64,000 nt of DNA, taken from Desulfobaccales bacterium (lineage in GTDB: Bacteria > Desulfobacterota > Desulfobaccia > Desulfobaccales > 0-14-0-80-60-11). A program made the translations under genes and the position numbers. Shown here piece after piece: positions 34,093-43,726 of the stretch. Within the stretch, counting starts at the first letter, position 1, and each line of letters opens with the position of its first letter. The stretch lies in the NCBI GenBank assembly GCA_052326585.1, contig JBKQLU010000044.1:9299-73298 (forward strand). Direction: 5' to 3'. Under the pieces are notes generated by a model. It had not been told where the DNA came from. It did no database searches and was given only the letters and a program-made list of their open reading frames with translations.

Positions 34093-34145
34093 CTTGCCAG
34101 AATCGGCACCTATCAGTGGGGTGGAAAAATTGCAGATATAATATC
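34093..34145 (+). repeat. CTTGCCAG box, copy A
   Basis: CTTGCCAGAATCGGCACCTATCAGTGGGGTGGAAAAATTGCAGATATAATATC is very similar to copy B at 43202. Confidence 0.75.
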
Positions 34146-34209
34146 AATATCAAGTCCTGGGAGGGTTAGCCGCGGTGGGCTCTGATGAACCTAAAGCGCA
34201 TTCCACAAA

Positions 34210-34392
34210 CTACTTTTTGTCATTGGGGAGACCCAAAGGGAAATTTATCATACCTTCTCCGGCAAACGACCCCCCTTGGACGACACGACAATCTGCTTGA
34301 TTAACTGGTTGTGAGAGGGGTACCCCCGCACAGCCAGAAAAAAACAATGCCAGCACACCGGCAAAAATAAATTTCGCCAAGAGCAATTTCAT
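34210..34392 (-). CDS. Small putative lipoprotein (60 aa)
   Basis: MKLLLAKFIFAGVLALFFSGCAG contains a lipobox (FFSGC). I chose the start at 34392. Confidence 0.5.
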   Translation of the reverse strand: MKLLLAKFIFAGVLALFFSGCAGVPLSQPVNQADCRVVQGGSFAGEGMINFPLGLPNDKK

Positions 34393-34518
34393 TTGCCAAC
34401 TTCCTATCAATTCAGTTAGTAAGGCGCAACTTATGCCACCGCAGTTTAAAAATGGGTCCTTTTTTCCTTAGGTTAACTCCGCAAAGCTCGTAGCAGGTAT
34501 CTGTTTACGCATAGCAAC

Positions 34519-35325
34519 TCATGCGTTCCGGATTACCAAGTGGTGCTCGGGGGCTGGAAAATGTGCCTCGCCGAAGGTCTCGCGGATGGCGCGATTCGTG
34601 TCGAAGTAAACCTGCCAGTAATGGTCGTTATGGACAAAGGGGCGCACGGCAAGGACCGGCCCCGCCGCATTGAACTCCAATATTTCCACATCCGGGGCCG
34701 GATCGGTCAAGACATTGGTAATCTGGGCCAGCCTTTCTTTCAGGAGCCGAATGGCTTCGTTGTGGTCCACCACATGGTTCAGCTGGGCCGTGAGGTCAAC
34801 GCGGCGATAGGGGTTGGCAGTGAAATTCTGGATGTTTCCGGAAAAGATCTTGCTGTTTCCCACATAGGTACGGATGTTGTCCAGGGTGTCAATGCTCGTG
34901 ACAAATAGGCCGATTTCATGCACCGTCCCTAAAACCTCGCCCGCCTGGATAAAATCTCCGGCTTTAAAAGGCTTCAAAAAGACCAGGAAAGCGCCGGCCG
35001 CCAGGTTCGTCAGCATCCCGCCCCACATGGCGCCCACGGCCAGACCGACCCCGGCCAGGAGACCGGCGATGGTGGTGGTCTGGACCCCGAAATAGCCAAA
35101 GATGGCGACAATCAGGATGACCTTTAACAAAATGTTAACGGCGGAATCGATGTACTTGATGAGGGTCGTGTCGACTTCTTTAGCGGCCAGTGTCCGCGTC
35201 AACAGGCTGATGGTGAACCGGATCACCAGGGAACCGACAATCCAGACGGCCAGGGCCCCCAGCACCGTGAGACCGATGGCTACTCCGTGCGTAACGAGAT
35301 TTTGCAACAGCGCGTTATATTCCAT
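34519..35325 (-). CDS. Small-conductance mechanosensitive channel (MscS family)
   Basis: 268 aa with three N-terminal TM segments and the MscS core (GLAVGAMWGGMLTNLAAGAFLVFLKPFKAGDFI...GTV.EIGLF.T). Confidence 0.85.
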   Translation of the reverse strand: MEYNALLQNLVTHGVAIGLTVLGALAVWIVGSLVIRFTISLLTRTLAAKEVDTTLIKYIDSAVNILLKVILIVAIFGYFGVQTTTIAGLLAGVGLAVGAMWGGMLTNLAAGAFLVFLKPFKAGDFIQAGEVLGTVHEIGLFVTSIDTLDNIRTYVGNSKIFSGNIQNFTANPYRRVDLTAQLNHVVDHNEAIRLLKERLAQITNVLTDPAPDVEILEFNAAGPVLAVRPFVHNDHYWQVYFDTNRAIRETFGEAHFPAPEHHLVIRNA

Positions 35326-35835
35326 GACTTCCTCTCCTTCTCCTAAACCTTCTTAGTGATTGCGGAATTGGTCAGCCCCGCCTTGCCTGTGGACTTGCCG
35401 CGTTATGGTGATATGCTTCTCTTAAAGAATTTTTCTAACTGATGGGCTAATTAATGCTAAGAACTCCTCTCTGAGTGTCAATCGTTTGTCTTCAGAATGC
35501 TTTCCCGAAAATGATTTTTCCTGGGCTATTGAAAGGTGAATTAAAAGCATCACTAGCTTGCTAGTATCGCCAATTATCGTCTGGGTGGGGAAAAATCCGG
35601 ATATGATCTGAAGATAGGAAGTTTTTAGATTCCTGATAAGTCCCGACTTATAGCAGATCGCGACACCTTTCCTTGCTATGTTTCTTGTCACCCTCAAACC
35701 TGGGGCGCGCCTGTGGCTTCAGCCTTCCCCCTAGCTCACCGGTACCGTGCGATTCGGGCTATAAGACCCGAGACTCACGAATAATCGCCCGCAAGTGTGT
35801 ATGTGTCCCAATATTCTAAAAAATTACTTATGCAT

Positions 35836-35881
35836 TAAAATTTGTGCTATCATACCTTTCACGAAACAATTTGCTAAAAAA
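35836..35881 (+). promoter_or_regulatory. Extended -10 promoter (TGcTATCAT) plus conserved initial transcribed segment, copy 1
   Basis: AAATTTGTGCTATCATACCTTTCACGAAACAATTTGCTAAAAAA resembles 50023-50070. Confidence 0.4.
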
Positions 35882-36175
35882 CTTTCCGTGGGAAGAGTAG
35901 TTGCCAAAGGCATTTTTGCAGGGACCCAATAAGCTTCCCACATAATCTTACGTAGTGGTAAAAAATAGAGGACCGCATTTGGTTGCCAAATGAAAAGTAA
36001 TCATCACCCTGGATTTCATGATTGCTATCTGATTAGTGTCGGGTCGCAAGCCATAGGCCAAGGAAAACCAGTGGGAATCCTCGTATAAGTTTATCCCAGC
36101 TCTACGATCGTACCAAGCTAATGCTTACGGGTTTCTAATCCGATATTGTCAATATAAATAGGCGGCAATAGAACA

Positions 36176-36883
36176 ATGGAAACCAAAGAAAGCTGGTATC
36201 TAAAGCGAATCGACAGCTTAAGGGTGCTCACCCCCAACGACCTCAATTTTCTAATGGAAGGGGCCGGGAGGAAGATTTTTAATAAAGGTGAAATCATTTT
36301 TATGCCAGGTGACGAAGGTAACACGGTATTTTTAATAACGGAGGGAAGAATAAAATTGTATAATCTTTCTCCTTCAGGCAAGGAGTCGATTCTATTCATA
36401 TTTTTTCCTGGCGAATTAATAGGACTTTCTGAAATCTTCGGAAAAAACGTACGTGTAAGCTTTGCAGAGGCTATAGAACAGGTAACGCTTCTTGTTATCC
36501 ATAGCAGTAAATTCATTCAGGTTCTTGATAAAAACAGTCTATTTACTCGTTCAATTGCAGAGACGCTAGGAAAGAGGCTAATGGCTATGGGTAAAAGATT
36601 TGAATCTGTGAGTAGTGAAAACTTGACTTGCCGTGTCGTACAGCTCTTATTTAATTTATCAGATATGTATGGCGTTGAAATAAACCAGGAAATATTGCTT
36701 GAAAAAAAAATCATACATCAGGATATTGCGAATATGGTTGGGGCTGCTAGGCAGAGTGTTACCGAGGTGTTAAATAGCCTTATCCGAAAAGGAGTGATTA
36801 AATATGATAGTAGAAAACGTATAATTATTACAGATAAGGCGAAGATGATGAATATTATATATTACAGCGATGTCCATGCTTAG
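36176..36883 (+). CDS. Crp/Fnr family transcriptional regulator
   Basis: A cNMP-binding-like domain (GEIIFMPGDEGNTVFLITEGRIKLY) plus a C-terminal HTH (IHQDIANMVGAARQSVTEVLNSLIRKGVI). There is no N-terminal Cys cluster. G+C is low. Confidence 0.85.
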   Translation: METKESWYLKRIDSLRVLTPNDLNFLMEGAGRKIFNKGEIIFMPGDEGNTVFLITEGRIKLYNLSPSGKESILFIFFPGELIGLSEIFGKNVRVSFAEAIEQVTLLVIHSSKFIQVLDKNSLFTRSIAETLGKRLMAMGKRFESVSSENLTCRVVQLLFNLSDMYGVEINQEILLEKKIIHQDIANMVGAARQSVTEVLNSLIRKGVIKYDSRKRIIITDKAKMMNIIYYSDVHA

Positions 36884-37365
36884 GAGTATTGTCAAAGGAA
36901 TATAGATTCAAAGCGACTATTAAGGTTTAGATGATTTCAGAAGAACTGCCAGCCGCACCATCTGCTCATACTTTCTCCGGGAAAAAATCAATTCAGCGCA
37001 ATTTTGATGAGGAAATTGCTTTTTTGTCCAAAAAATTAATATTTTGTCGTATTGCTGACATATTTTTCTCTTCCTTCCCCTATAGAATTCTATGAGGATA
37101 GATAAGTGGACGAGGATCATGGACTTGAATGTTACAGCCAATCTGGTCCGTGCAGAGATCATTCTCATTGGCATTTTCTCAAGCTAATTATTAACCATTT
37201 TCTCAGCCGCTGAGACCAATAGAAGCACTAGCATCGATATTTCAGATCGGAGAAGCCTCACGCGGGTAGATTTTTGAGAGTCTCGGCTATCAGAGTTCCC
37301 CAGACAGTCATCTCGATTGACGAGATGGGTGAATCTCTTAGCAAAATCTAAGCAAGGAGAGGCAG

Positions 37366-38496
37366 ATGAAGACACAGAAATTAACAAGAAAGTTCGGGCT
37401 CATGATCATGTTATTCATGGTGGGAATAATGCTTGGCACCATAGTGACAGCCAACGCTGCTGAACAAGTAAAGATCGTAGTAGGGTGGCAACCCTACGAC
37501 ACCATTTCCTATCAGGTAGCCATTATTCAGGAATTAAAGCTCTGGAAAAAATACATGCCCGAAGGAGTTGAGATCGAGTTTGAACCTGCGCTGCAGGGTG
37601 CCATTATTTCGAATAATCTGATCGCTGGGAAACAACAAATAGGCTACATGAGCATTCTCCCCGGCATTATGGCTGCAACCAAGCCTGAGCAGGCCAACAT
37701 TCGCCTGGTGGCGAGCACTGGACATGATGACGGTCAGCGTTGCTCGATCATCATGGCCAGAAAAGATGCACCGCAGTTCGCGTCCCCCGAGGAAGCGGTA
37801 CAATGGCTGAACGGCAAAACGATAGCCTCTCCGAAAGGAAGCTGCGCCGATCAATTCATCCGCCTGTTAATGGCTAAGAAGGGTATCAAACCCAAGGAAT
37901 ATCTAAACCAATCACTTGAAGTGATAGCAACCAACTTCCGCGCCAACAAGCTTGACGCCGCGGCGTTATGGGAGCCTACGGTTTCCAGAATCGGTGACAT
38001 AGTCGGTGAAGGTTATGCGAGAATCGTAGCAACCGGGAAGGTAATCAATAACATCGATTCTGGTGCCTTGGTTATGCGCGGGGACTTCATTGATAAATAC
38101 CCGCAGTTGGCAGAAGATTACCTCAAGGCGGAACTCGAGGCACAGACCTACATGCTGGATCCGAAAAACTGGAGTGATGTAATCGAGATGCTTTCTAAAT
38201 ACGCCACCGGCATTTCAAAGCGAATCCTCTGGTATTCCCTCTATGGTAAAATTCCCGCGGACGTGGGTGGAACAGAGGTAAGAGCCTGGCGGACTTTTAT
38301 TTGGACTGATGAACTTCGGGAGAACATTGAAAGCATATATGCCTTCTTGGCCAAAGAAAAAGTCATCAGGTTTGATAAGCCTCTTCCCGGAACTATTGAC
38401 GACACCCTGGCCCAGAAAGTGCTCAGCGAAGCCAAACTCAAAGCTCCGCTGGGCAAGATTATCGGCCAACCAGCCGACCAGGATCCCTTCAAATAA
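37366..38496 (+). CDS. ABC transporter substrate-binding protein, NitT/TauT (NMT1/SsuA-like) family
   Basis: 376 aa with a signal/TM anchor. The family call rests mostly on the NitT/TauT-type permease and ATPase genes that follow. Confidence 0.65.
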   Translation: MKTQKLTRKFGLMIMLFMVGIMLGTIVTANAAEQVKIVVGWQPYDTISYQVAIIQELKLWKKYMPEGVEIEFEPALQGAIISNNLIAGKQQIGYMSILPGIMAATKPEQANIRLVASTGHDDGQRCSIIMARKDAPQFASPEEAVQWLNGKTIASPKGSCADQFIRLLMAKKGIKPKEYLNQSLEVIATNFRANKLDAAALWEPTVSRIGDIVGEGYARIVATGKVINNIDSGALVMRGDFIDKYPQLAEDYLKAELEAQTYMLDPKNWSDVIEMLSKYATGISKRILWYSLYGKIPADVGGTEVRAWRTFIWTDELRENIESIYAFLAKEKVIRFDKPLPGTIDDTLAQKVLSEAKLKAPLGKIIGQPADQDPFK

Positions 38497-38517
38497 GTTG
38501 ATGGAAGGAAGCCCAGG

Positions 38518-39405
38518 ATGACCATGCCATTGGAGCCCGAACCCAGCAAGCAAGAATTCGTCCACAAAGGCGAAATCTCCTCCGCGGGGCTCCTCTATTA
38601 CCGTTTCCGTCTATGGCTCAAGAGCCCCAGCCCTTATCTCGCCTTCATGGGCCTGGCAGGTTTTCTCCTCTTGTGGTGGCTGACCACAGAGGTGCTAAAG
38701 CTACCGAGGTTCGAGAAACTGCCAGGCCCGGTAATAGTTGCTCAAGAGTGGTTTTCCAAGGACCCATCCTACGGAATATCGATCTATACGCCTGAGTATT
38801 ATTGGAACATCTGGATGAGCGTCCGCCGTATCCTTGAGGCCTTTTGCCTGGCTACAATCCTTGGCGTGCCCCTTGGACTCTTTATGGGATGGAAGAAGAC
38901 TTTCAAGGATTACACCTTCCCTATTCTGGAGACCTTGCGGCCGATTCCGATGCTCGCCTGGGTACCCTTGGCTATTCTCATGTGGACTGGGCGGGAGGAG
39001 GCGATCATCTACCTTACCTTTCTTGGCTCCTTCTTTGCGACAACCCTCAACACGCTCCTTGGGGTCGAATCGATCGATGAGGTCTACTTCAGGGCGGCTC
39101 GCTGCCTAGGCTCAAAACCGCGCCACATCTTTTTCTACGTTCTCGTCCCCGGGGCACTCCCCTACATTTTTACCGGCCTCCAGATCAGCATGGGCCTATG
39201 CTGGTTTTCCCTCGTGGCTGGCGAGATGTTAGCTGGAGAGTATGGACTGGGCTACCTGATCTGGAACTCCTTCACCCTCGTCCAGTACCCGGTAATTGTC
39301 ATGGCCATGGTGACCCTCGGATTTATAGGCTGGTGGACCAGCGCCATGGTCAGGTTTGTTGGAACTGTCTTGATGAAGTGGAAGGTCAGGGGTGCCGCCT
39401 CATGA
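38518..39405 (+). CDS. ABC transporter permease 1 (BPD_transp_1, NitT/TauT type)
   Basis: 295-aa membrane ORF with LRPIPMLAWVPLAI and an EAA-loop region (RAARCLGSKPRHIFFYVLVPGALPYIF). Confidence 0.8.
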   Translation: MTMPLEPEPSKQEFVHKGEISSAGLLYYRFRLWLKSPSPYLAFMGLAGFLLLWWLTTEVLKLPRFEKLPGPVIVAQEWFSKDPSYGISIYTPEYYWNIWMSVRRILEAFCLATILGVPLGLFMGWKKTFKDYTFPILETLRPIPMLAWVPLAILMWTGREEAIIYLTFLGSFFATTLNTLLGVESIDEVYFRAARCLGSKPRHIFFYVLVPGALPYIFTGLQISMGLCWFSLVAGEMLAGEYGLGYLIWNSFTLVQYPVIVMAMVTLGFIGWWTSAMVRFVGTVLMKWKVRGAAS

Positions 39406-39439
39406 CAGTGAGCCCATTGGCCAACGGAGCCGAAATCTG

Positions 39440-40297
39440 ATGTCGCAGGATATGGCGCAATCTCCTGATTCTCCCGTCACCCAGGGCAGGATCAGCATCC
39501 GGAACGTAACCAAGGTTTATGATCCCGACGGGGCAAATTTCGTTGCCCTGGAAAACTGCTCGTTGGAGATCGAGAGAGGGGAGTTCTGTGTTCTCGTGGG
39601 CCCTTCCGGGTGCGGCAAAACCACGCTTCTCAATGCGATTGCAGGGTTTTCCGGAATCACGTCGGGCGAAATATGGTTGGATGATGAGTTACTCTGTTCC
39701 GAAAAACAAACGGCTGAACCAGGAGCAGACCGCATCGTGGTGTTTCAGCAGGGTGCCCTATTCCCCTGGCTCAATATTTTGAGCAACGTCACCTACGGCC
39801 CTTTGGTACAAGGCAAGATGTCGAAGACCGAGGCCCGGCGGGCAGCAGAGAACCTTTTAAGCCAAATGGGTCTTCAGGAGTTCTTAAAAAATTACCCCAA
39901 CGAAATATCTGGAGGCATGAGAAGGCGGGTAGAGATTGCCAGGGCACTCATGAACAATCCGAAGGTGCTGCTCATGGACGAGCCGTACCGGGCCATGGAT
40001 GCGTTGACTAAAACCGTAATGCATCAAAACCTTCTCAACATCTACGATACAATGGGCAAGACCATTTTCTTTATTACTCATGACCTGGAAGAGGCAATTT
40101 TCTTAGGCAGCAAAGTTTACGTTATGACCACAAGGCCGGGCAAGATAAAGAAGGTAGTCGACGTGGACATCCCGCGACCTCGGGACTTCCATGTGCTGTC
40201 GATGGATCATTACCTCGCCCTTAAAAGAGAGGTCCTAGTAACTGTACATGAAGAGGCCAAGAAGGCCTTCGAGGCGGGAGAGCGCGAACTTGCTTAG
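39440..40297 (+). CDS. ABC transporter ATP-binding protein 1
   Basis: Walker A GPSGCGKTT, signature ISGGMRRRV, Walker B LLMDEP. I chose the start at ATG 39440 (RBS GGAG) rather than the ORF-track start at 39392. Confidence 0.8.
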   Translation: MSQDMAQSPDSPVTQGRISIRNVTKVYDPDGANFVALENCSLEIERGEFCVLVGPSGCGKTTLLNAIAGFSGITSGEIWLDDELLCSEKQTAEPGADRIVVFQQGALFPWLNILSNVTYGPLVQGKMSKTEARRAAENLLSQMGLQEFLKNYPNEISGGMRRRVEIARALMNNPKVLLMDEPYRAMDALTKTVMHQNLLNIYDTMGKTIFFITHDLEEAIFLGSKVYVMTTRPGKIKKVVDVDIPRPRDFHVLSMDHYLALKREVLVTVHEEAKKAFEAGERELA

Positions 40298-40324
40298 CAC
40301 GGCAGGTGAATAGAGGCAGAGCCA

Positions 40325-41140
40325 ATGGTAACAAAGGGACCAAGGATTATTTTCGGCATCAACCTTACCAAATTACGCAAAGCGGTCTTTAGTAAGACAA
40401 ATTACCGCGGCATCGTTGCGGTAATTGCCAGCATCATCTTCTGGGAAATTTGCGCCGATCTAAAAGTGCCCGTAATCGGTATGATCCCGGCACCGAGCAT
40501 TGTCTTCAAGTCCTTTCGGAACTTGGTTTTCGAAACCTATTATTGGCGATCGTGGTTGGTGAGCTTCGAGCGTGTCTTCCTGGGCTTTATTATTGCCCAG
40601 ATCATCGGTATACCGCTCGGCCTCCTCATGGGCATGAGCCGCATATTCCGGGGACTCACTTTTCCAATAATTGAGGTTTTAAGGCCGATTCCCCCTCTAG
40701 CATGGGTCCCGATAGCTGTCATTTTCTGGCCGACGGCAGAATTGAGCATGATTTTCGTGACCTTCCTTGGAGCTTTTTTTACTATGGTTCTAAACATCCT
40801 CGGAGGGGTAATGAGTATTGACAGCCGTTATATTTGGGCAGCAGAGTCTTTGGGGTCGAGTAAGAGATACATCTTCAGGCGGATCATTTTGCCTGCAACT
40901 CTGCCGAGCATCTTTGTGGGTAGTACGGTTGGGATGGGAATAACCTGGGCAGTCGTGGTTGCGGCAGAAATGATCGCAAGCCAATCGGGCCTTGGCTACC
41001 TGACATGGAAATCCTATGTTGCTGGCGATTATCCCGTCATCGTTATCGGCATGATTAGCATGGGTATCGCCGGATACTTCTCGAGTTCACTGATTCGCTT
41101 CCTCGGCGCGCGGCTAATGCCCTGGCTGAAAATAATATAG
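40325..41140 (+). CDS. ABC transporter permease 2 (paralog of permease 1)
   Basis: 271 aa: LRPIPPLAWVPIAV, AAESLGSSKRYIFRRIILPATLPSIF. Collinear with 38518-39405. Confidence 0.8.
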   Translation: MVTKGPRIIFGINLTKLRKAVFSKTNYRGIVAVIASIIFWEICADLKVPVIGMIPAPSIVFKSFRNLVFETYYWRSWLVSFERVFLGFIIAQIIGIPLGLLMGMSRIFRGLTFPIIEVLRPIPPLAWVPIAVIFWPTAELSMIFVTFLGAFFTMVLNILGGVMSIDSRYIWAAESLGSSKRYIFRRIILPATLPSIFVGSTVGMGITWAVVVAAEMIASQSGLGYLTWKSYVAGDYPVIVIGMISMGIAGYFSSSLIRFLGARLMPWLKII

Positions 41141-41222
41141 CCTAAACTCCTGGAAGTGCGGAGCAGGCATGATACGAAATGCACGAGCAGGGGGAAACTT
41201 TGCGGGGCACTGAGGAGCACCC

Positions 41223-42071
41223 ATGTCTGGGCAGATGGAGATAAACTCGATCACTAAGTCTTTTGGGGTTGGCCCCCTGATGCAAATAGTGATCAAAGAT
41301 TGTTCCTTCGCCCTCGAGCCTGGCAAGCTGACTGTGCTTATTGGCCCTTCCGGCTGTGGCAAGACCACCATTATCAATCTGCTGGCCGGCTATGACCAGG
41401 TTGACTCTGGAACAATCACCATCGATGGCGAAGACATTAGAGGGCCCGGTCGGGACCGGCTGGTGGTCTTTCAGGAAACCGCGCTCTTTCCGTGGATGAC
41501 TACACTCGAGAATGTCGCCTTTGGTCCACTGGCGAGAGGTGAGAAGAGCAAGCGGGAAATCGAAACCGAAGCTATCGGCGTCCTGCGGACGGTTGGCCTC
41601 GGCGAGTTTTTGGACAGGTACCCCATCCAACTTTCTGGCGGTATGCAGCGGCGCGCCGAGATTGCCAGAGCTTTCATAAACCGCCCGAAAGTTATGATGA
41701 TGGATGAGCCCTTCAGGGGGCTGGACGCTATGACCCGAGAGATGATGCAAGAGTACTACCTCCGCCTTTTTGAGAAGCACCGATTTACTAACCTCTTCGT
41801 TACTACCGAGTTGGAAGAAGCCATCTTCTTGGCTGACCGGCTTATCCTTCTATCCAATAGGCCAGCCCGGACCAGAAGCATCATAGACATCGATCTGGCA
41901 AGACCCCGCGAATTCACGATGCTCACCTCGAAAGCATATCAGCGTTATAAGCAAGAGGCCCTTGAGATTTTGTATGATGAGGCAATGAAGGCTTTTGAAA
42001 GCGGCAACAAGGTCGCCGTAGCCGACTTCCTTGAGGCATATTCCACATCAAAGAACTCATTCAAAAAATGA
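41223..42071 (+). CDS. ABC transporter ATP-binding protein 2 (paralog of ATPase 1)
   Basis: Walker A GPSGCGKTT, signature LSGGMQRRA, Walker B MMMDEP. Confidence 0.8.
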   Translation: MSGQMEINSITKSFGVGPLMQIVIKDCSFALEPGKLTVLIGPSGCGKTTIINLLAGYDQVDSGTITIDGEDIRGPGRDRLVVFQETALFPWMTTLENVAFGPLARGEKSKREIETEAIGVLRTVGLGEFLDRYPIQLSGGMQRRAEIARAFINRPKVMMMDEPFRGLDAMTREMMQEYYLRLFEKHRFTNLFVTTELEEAIFLADRLILLSNRPARTRSIIDIDLARPREFTMLTSKAYQRYKQEALEILYDEAMKAFESGNKVAVADFLEAYSTSKNSFKK

Positions 42072-42159
42072 CAGCCGCGGGAATTAGATTTGGCTTACGA
42101 GATATGAACCCCTAGGTTCGATTATGAATGGCTGATCAGAATAAAACAGGAGGTATGAC

Positions 42160-43026
42160 ATGAACGCTAAGAAAAAAGTCACCATCCCAGACTTGATGGA
42201 GAAGAAGCAGAGAAAAGAGCCAATAACCATGATGGCGATCTATGATTACCCTAACGCAGTTATTGCCGAACGGACCGGAATCGACATTGTTTGTGTCAGT
42301 GACTCTGGAGGCATGGCCGTTTTTGGGAAAGAAAACACTACTTCGGTGACCTTTGAAGAATGCATGATCATGATGCAGACTGTCTCCCGTGGCTGCAAAA
42401 CTGGCCTGAAGATGCTGGATATGCCATATATGAGCTTTCACACCTCTCCAGAGAGAGCAATTGAGAACGCAGCTCGCTTTGTGGCAGAGGGGGGTGCAGA
42501 GGTGATGAAGTGCGAAGGTACGGCGGCTCACGCAAAAAACATCGAAGCCATCGTCAAAGCAGGAATCCCGGTGATGGGTCACGTGGGTGTAACGCCCATG
42601 AGGATTACTCAATTAGGCGGATTCAAAGCGCAAGGAAAAACTGCCGAGCGAGCCAAAGAACTGATTGACGACGCCATGGCCATGTATCAAGCAGGCTGCT
42701 TTTCTATTCTTTGCGAAGTGACCACTTCAGAAGTCTGTGAATATCTTGCCAAGACGTTACCGATTCCGGTAATAAGCCTCGGCGCCGGTTGGAAGGCCGA
42801 TGGAGTTCACATCATTACCTGTGATCTCTTTAAGCTTTATGATCGGCATACACCGCGCCACTCTAAAGTCTACGTAGAGCTTCTGCCGATAATGGAAAAA
42901 GTCTTTAAAAGTTACATCGAAGATGTAACAACGCGCAGTTATCCAGGGCCAGAACACACTATTTTTATGTCACCTGCAGAACGAGATCGATTCCAAAAAT
43001 TGGTAAACTGGAGCGCTGATTCATAG
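42160..43026 (+). CDS. PanB-like enzyme (3-methyl-2-oxobutanoate hydroxymethyltransferase family, ICL/PEP-mutase superfamily)
   Basis: 288 aa, collinear with PanB. Shared blocks are DLMEKKQRKEPITMMAIYDY, CVSDSGGM, LDMPYMSF, GIPVMGHVGVTPM, GGFKAQGK and PVISLGAG. Several canonical blocks are altered (KLEGG becomes KCEGT). Confidence 0.7.
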   Translation: MNAKKKVTIPDLMEKKQRKEPITMMAIYDYPNAVIAERTGIDIVCVSDSGGMAVFGKENTTSVTFEECMIMMQTVSRGCKTGLKMLDMPYMSFHTSPERAIENAARFVAEGGAEVMKCEGTAAHAKNIEAIVKAGIPVMGHVGVTPMRITQLGGFKAQGKTAERAKELIDDAMAMYQAGCFSILCEVTTSEVCEYLAKTLPIPVISLGAGWKADGVHIITCDLFKLYDRHTPRHSKVYVELLPIMEKVFKSYIEDVTTRSYPGPEHTIFMSPAERDRFQKLVNWSADS

Positions 43027-43042
43027 AAGCACCGTAAGCGCT

Positions 43043-43150
43043 GTCCCTATACCCAGTGCCATCTGGCTCTTTGGGTCCGGTCTCCTTGGAGGGTTGGTTT
43101 GGACGGGAGATTCAACAGGGGATATTCCATCTCGTCTCTGTAGATTATAG
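43043..43150 (+). pseudogene. Orphan PEP-CTERM tail fragment
   Basis: My own translation gives VPIPSAIWLFGSGLLGGLVWTGDSTGDIPSRLCRL*. The motif and TM part are intact, the basic cluster is disrupted, and there is no gene body. It starts 17 nt after the panB-like stop. Confidence 0.5.
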
Positions 43151-43179
43151 GCAGGGTCAGCCATGGCCCTACCTTTTTT
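43150..43179 (+). terminator. Rho-independent terminator (PEP-CTERM family type)
   Basis: GGCAGGGTCAGCCATGGCCCTACC plus TTTTTT. Confidence 0.6.
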
Positions 43180-43201
43180 GTTTCCAATTTGTAGCGAGTT
43201 A

Positions 43202-43255
43202 CTTGCCAGGATCGGCACCTATCGTGGGGCGGGAAAAATTGCGGATATGATCTGG
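43202..43255 (+). repeat. CTTGCCAG box, copy B
   Basis: CTTGCCAGGATCGGCACCTATCGTGGGGCGGGAAAAATTGCGGATATGATCTGG. Confidence 0.75.
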
Positions 43256-43354
43256 ATAATGAAATCCTTTCAAATCCTCGTGGAGAGCGCATTAATAGCA
43301 GTTAGCGATATCCTTCAAAGGTAGAGGTTAGGGAAATCACTGTATAATCTTAAA

Positions 43355-43480
43355 CTATCAATCATCCTTGCCAGTTAGCCTACCAAGCCTGTGGCAGATA
43401 TTTTATAATGAGCATAATTTTTTTTAACAATTCCTCAAAAGGGCTTGACATGACGGATTTAATTATTAACCTTCTTATAT
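43355..43480 (+). repeat. Conserved upstream region of the riboswitch loci, copy 1. It begins CCTTGCCAGTTAGC..AAGCCTGTGGCAGAT and contains TTGACR -35-like elements.
   Basis: Aligns with 54664-54787. The exact promoter hexamers are uncertain. Confidence 0.6.
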
Positions 43481-43577
43481 CCCTGAAAAAGCCAAACCCG
43501 TCGCGAGGCGGGGACGGAAAGCCACGGGTCTCAGAAAGATAGCCGGGTTGCCTGGAAAAGGGGAGTCCGGTTTTTTT
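43481..43577 (+). promoter_or_regulatory. c-di-GMP-I (GEMM-I) riboswitch, copy 1, with overlapping terminator
   Basis: GCCAAACCCGTC-GCGA-GGCGGGGACGGAAAGCCACGGGTCTC...AGCCGGGTTGCC. The 3' arm CCGGGTT can instead pair with AGTCCGG, which is followed by T7. Confidence 0.8.
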
Positions 43578-43726
43578 ATGGGCTGGGGCGGGAGTCAGGC
43601 GCGCTAGAAGGTGCAGCCGCATAATATCGGCTTAAGCTTCCTCACAGTGAGGCATCCAGGGTTTAAGGGGCAGGTATGCTCAAATTATTGGAAAAATTAC
43701 TATGCCCGGCTTGGAGGTGACTCAAA

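Noticed and set aside
34093-34145. CTTGCCAG boxes read as sigma54 or sigma70 promoters, or as integron attC sites
   Set aside because: There is no TGGCAC-N5-TTGC spacing on either strand. No -10 hexamer lies at 16-18 nt from TTGCCA. Only copy B shows a partial inverted repeat (CCAGGATC...GATCTGG), so no consistent attC-like hairpin exists. Function is left open.
35422-35697. 91-aa ORF on the - strand in the AT-rich gap
   Set aside because: No RBS, no family resemblance, and a low-complexity AT-rich region. I did not call it.
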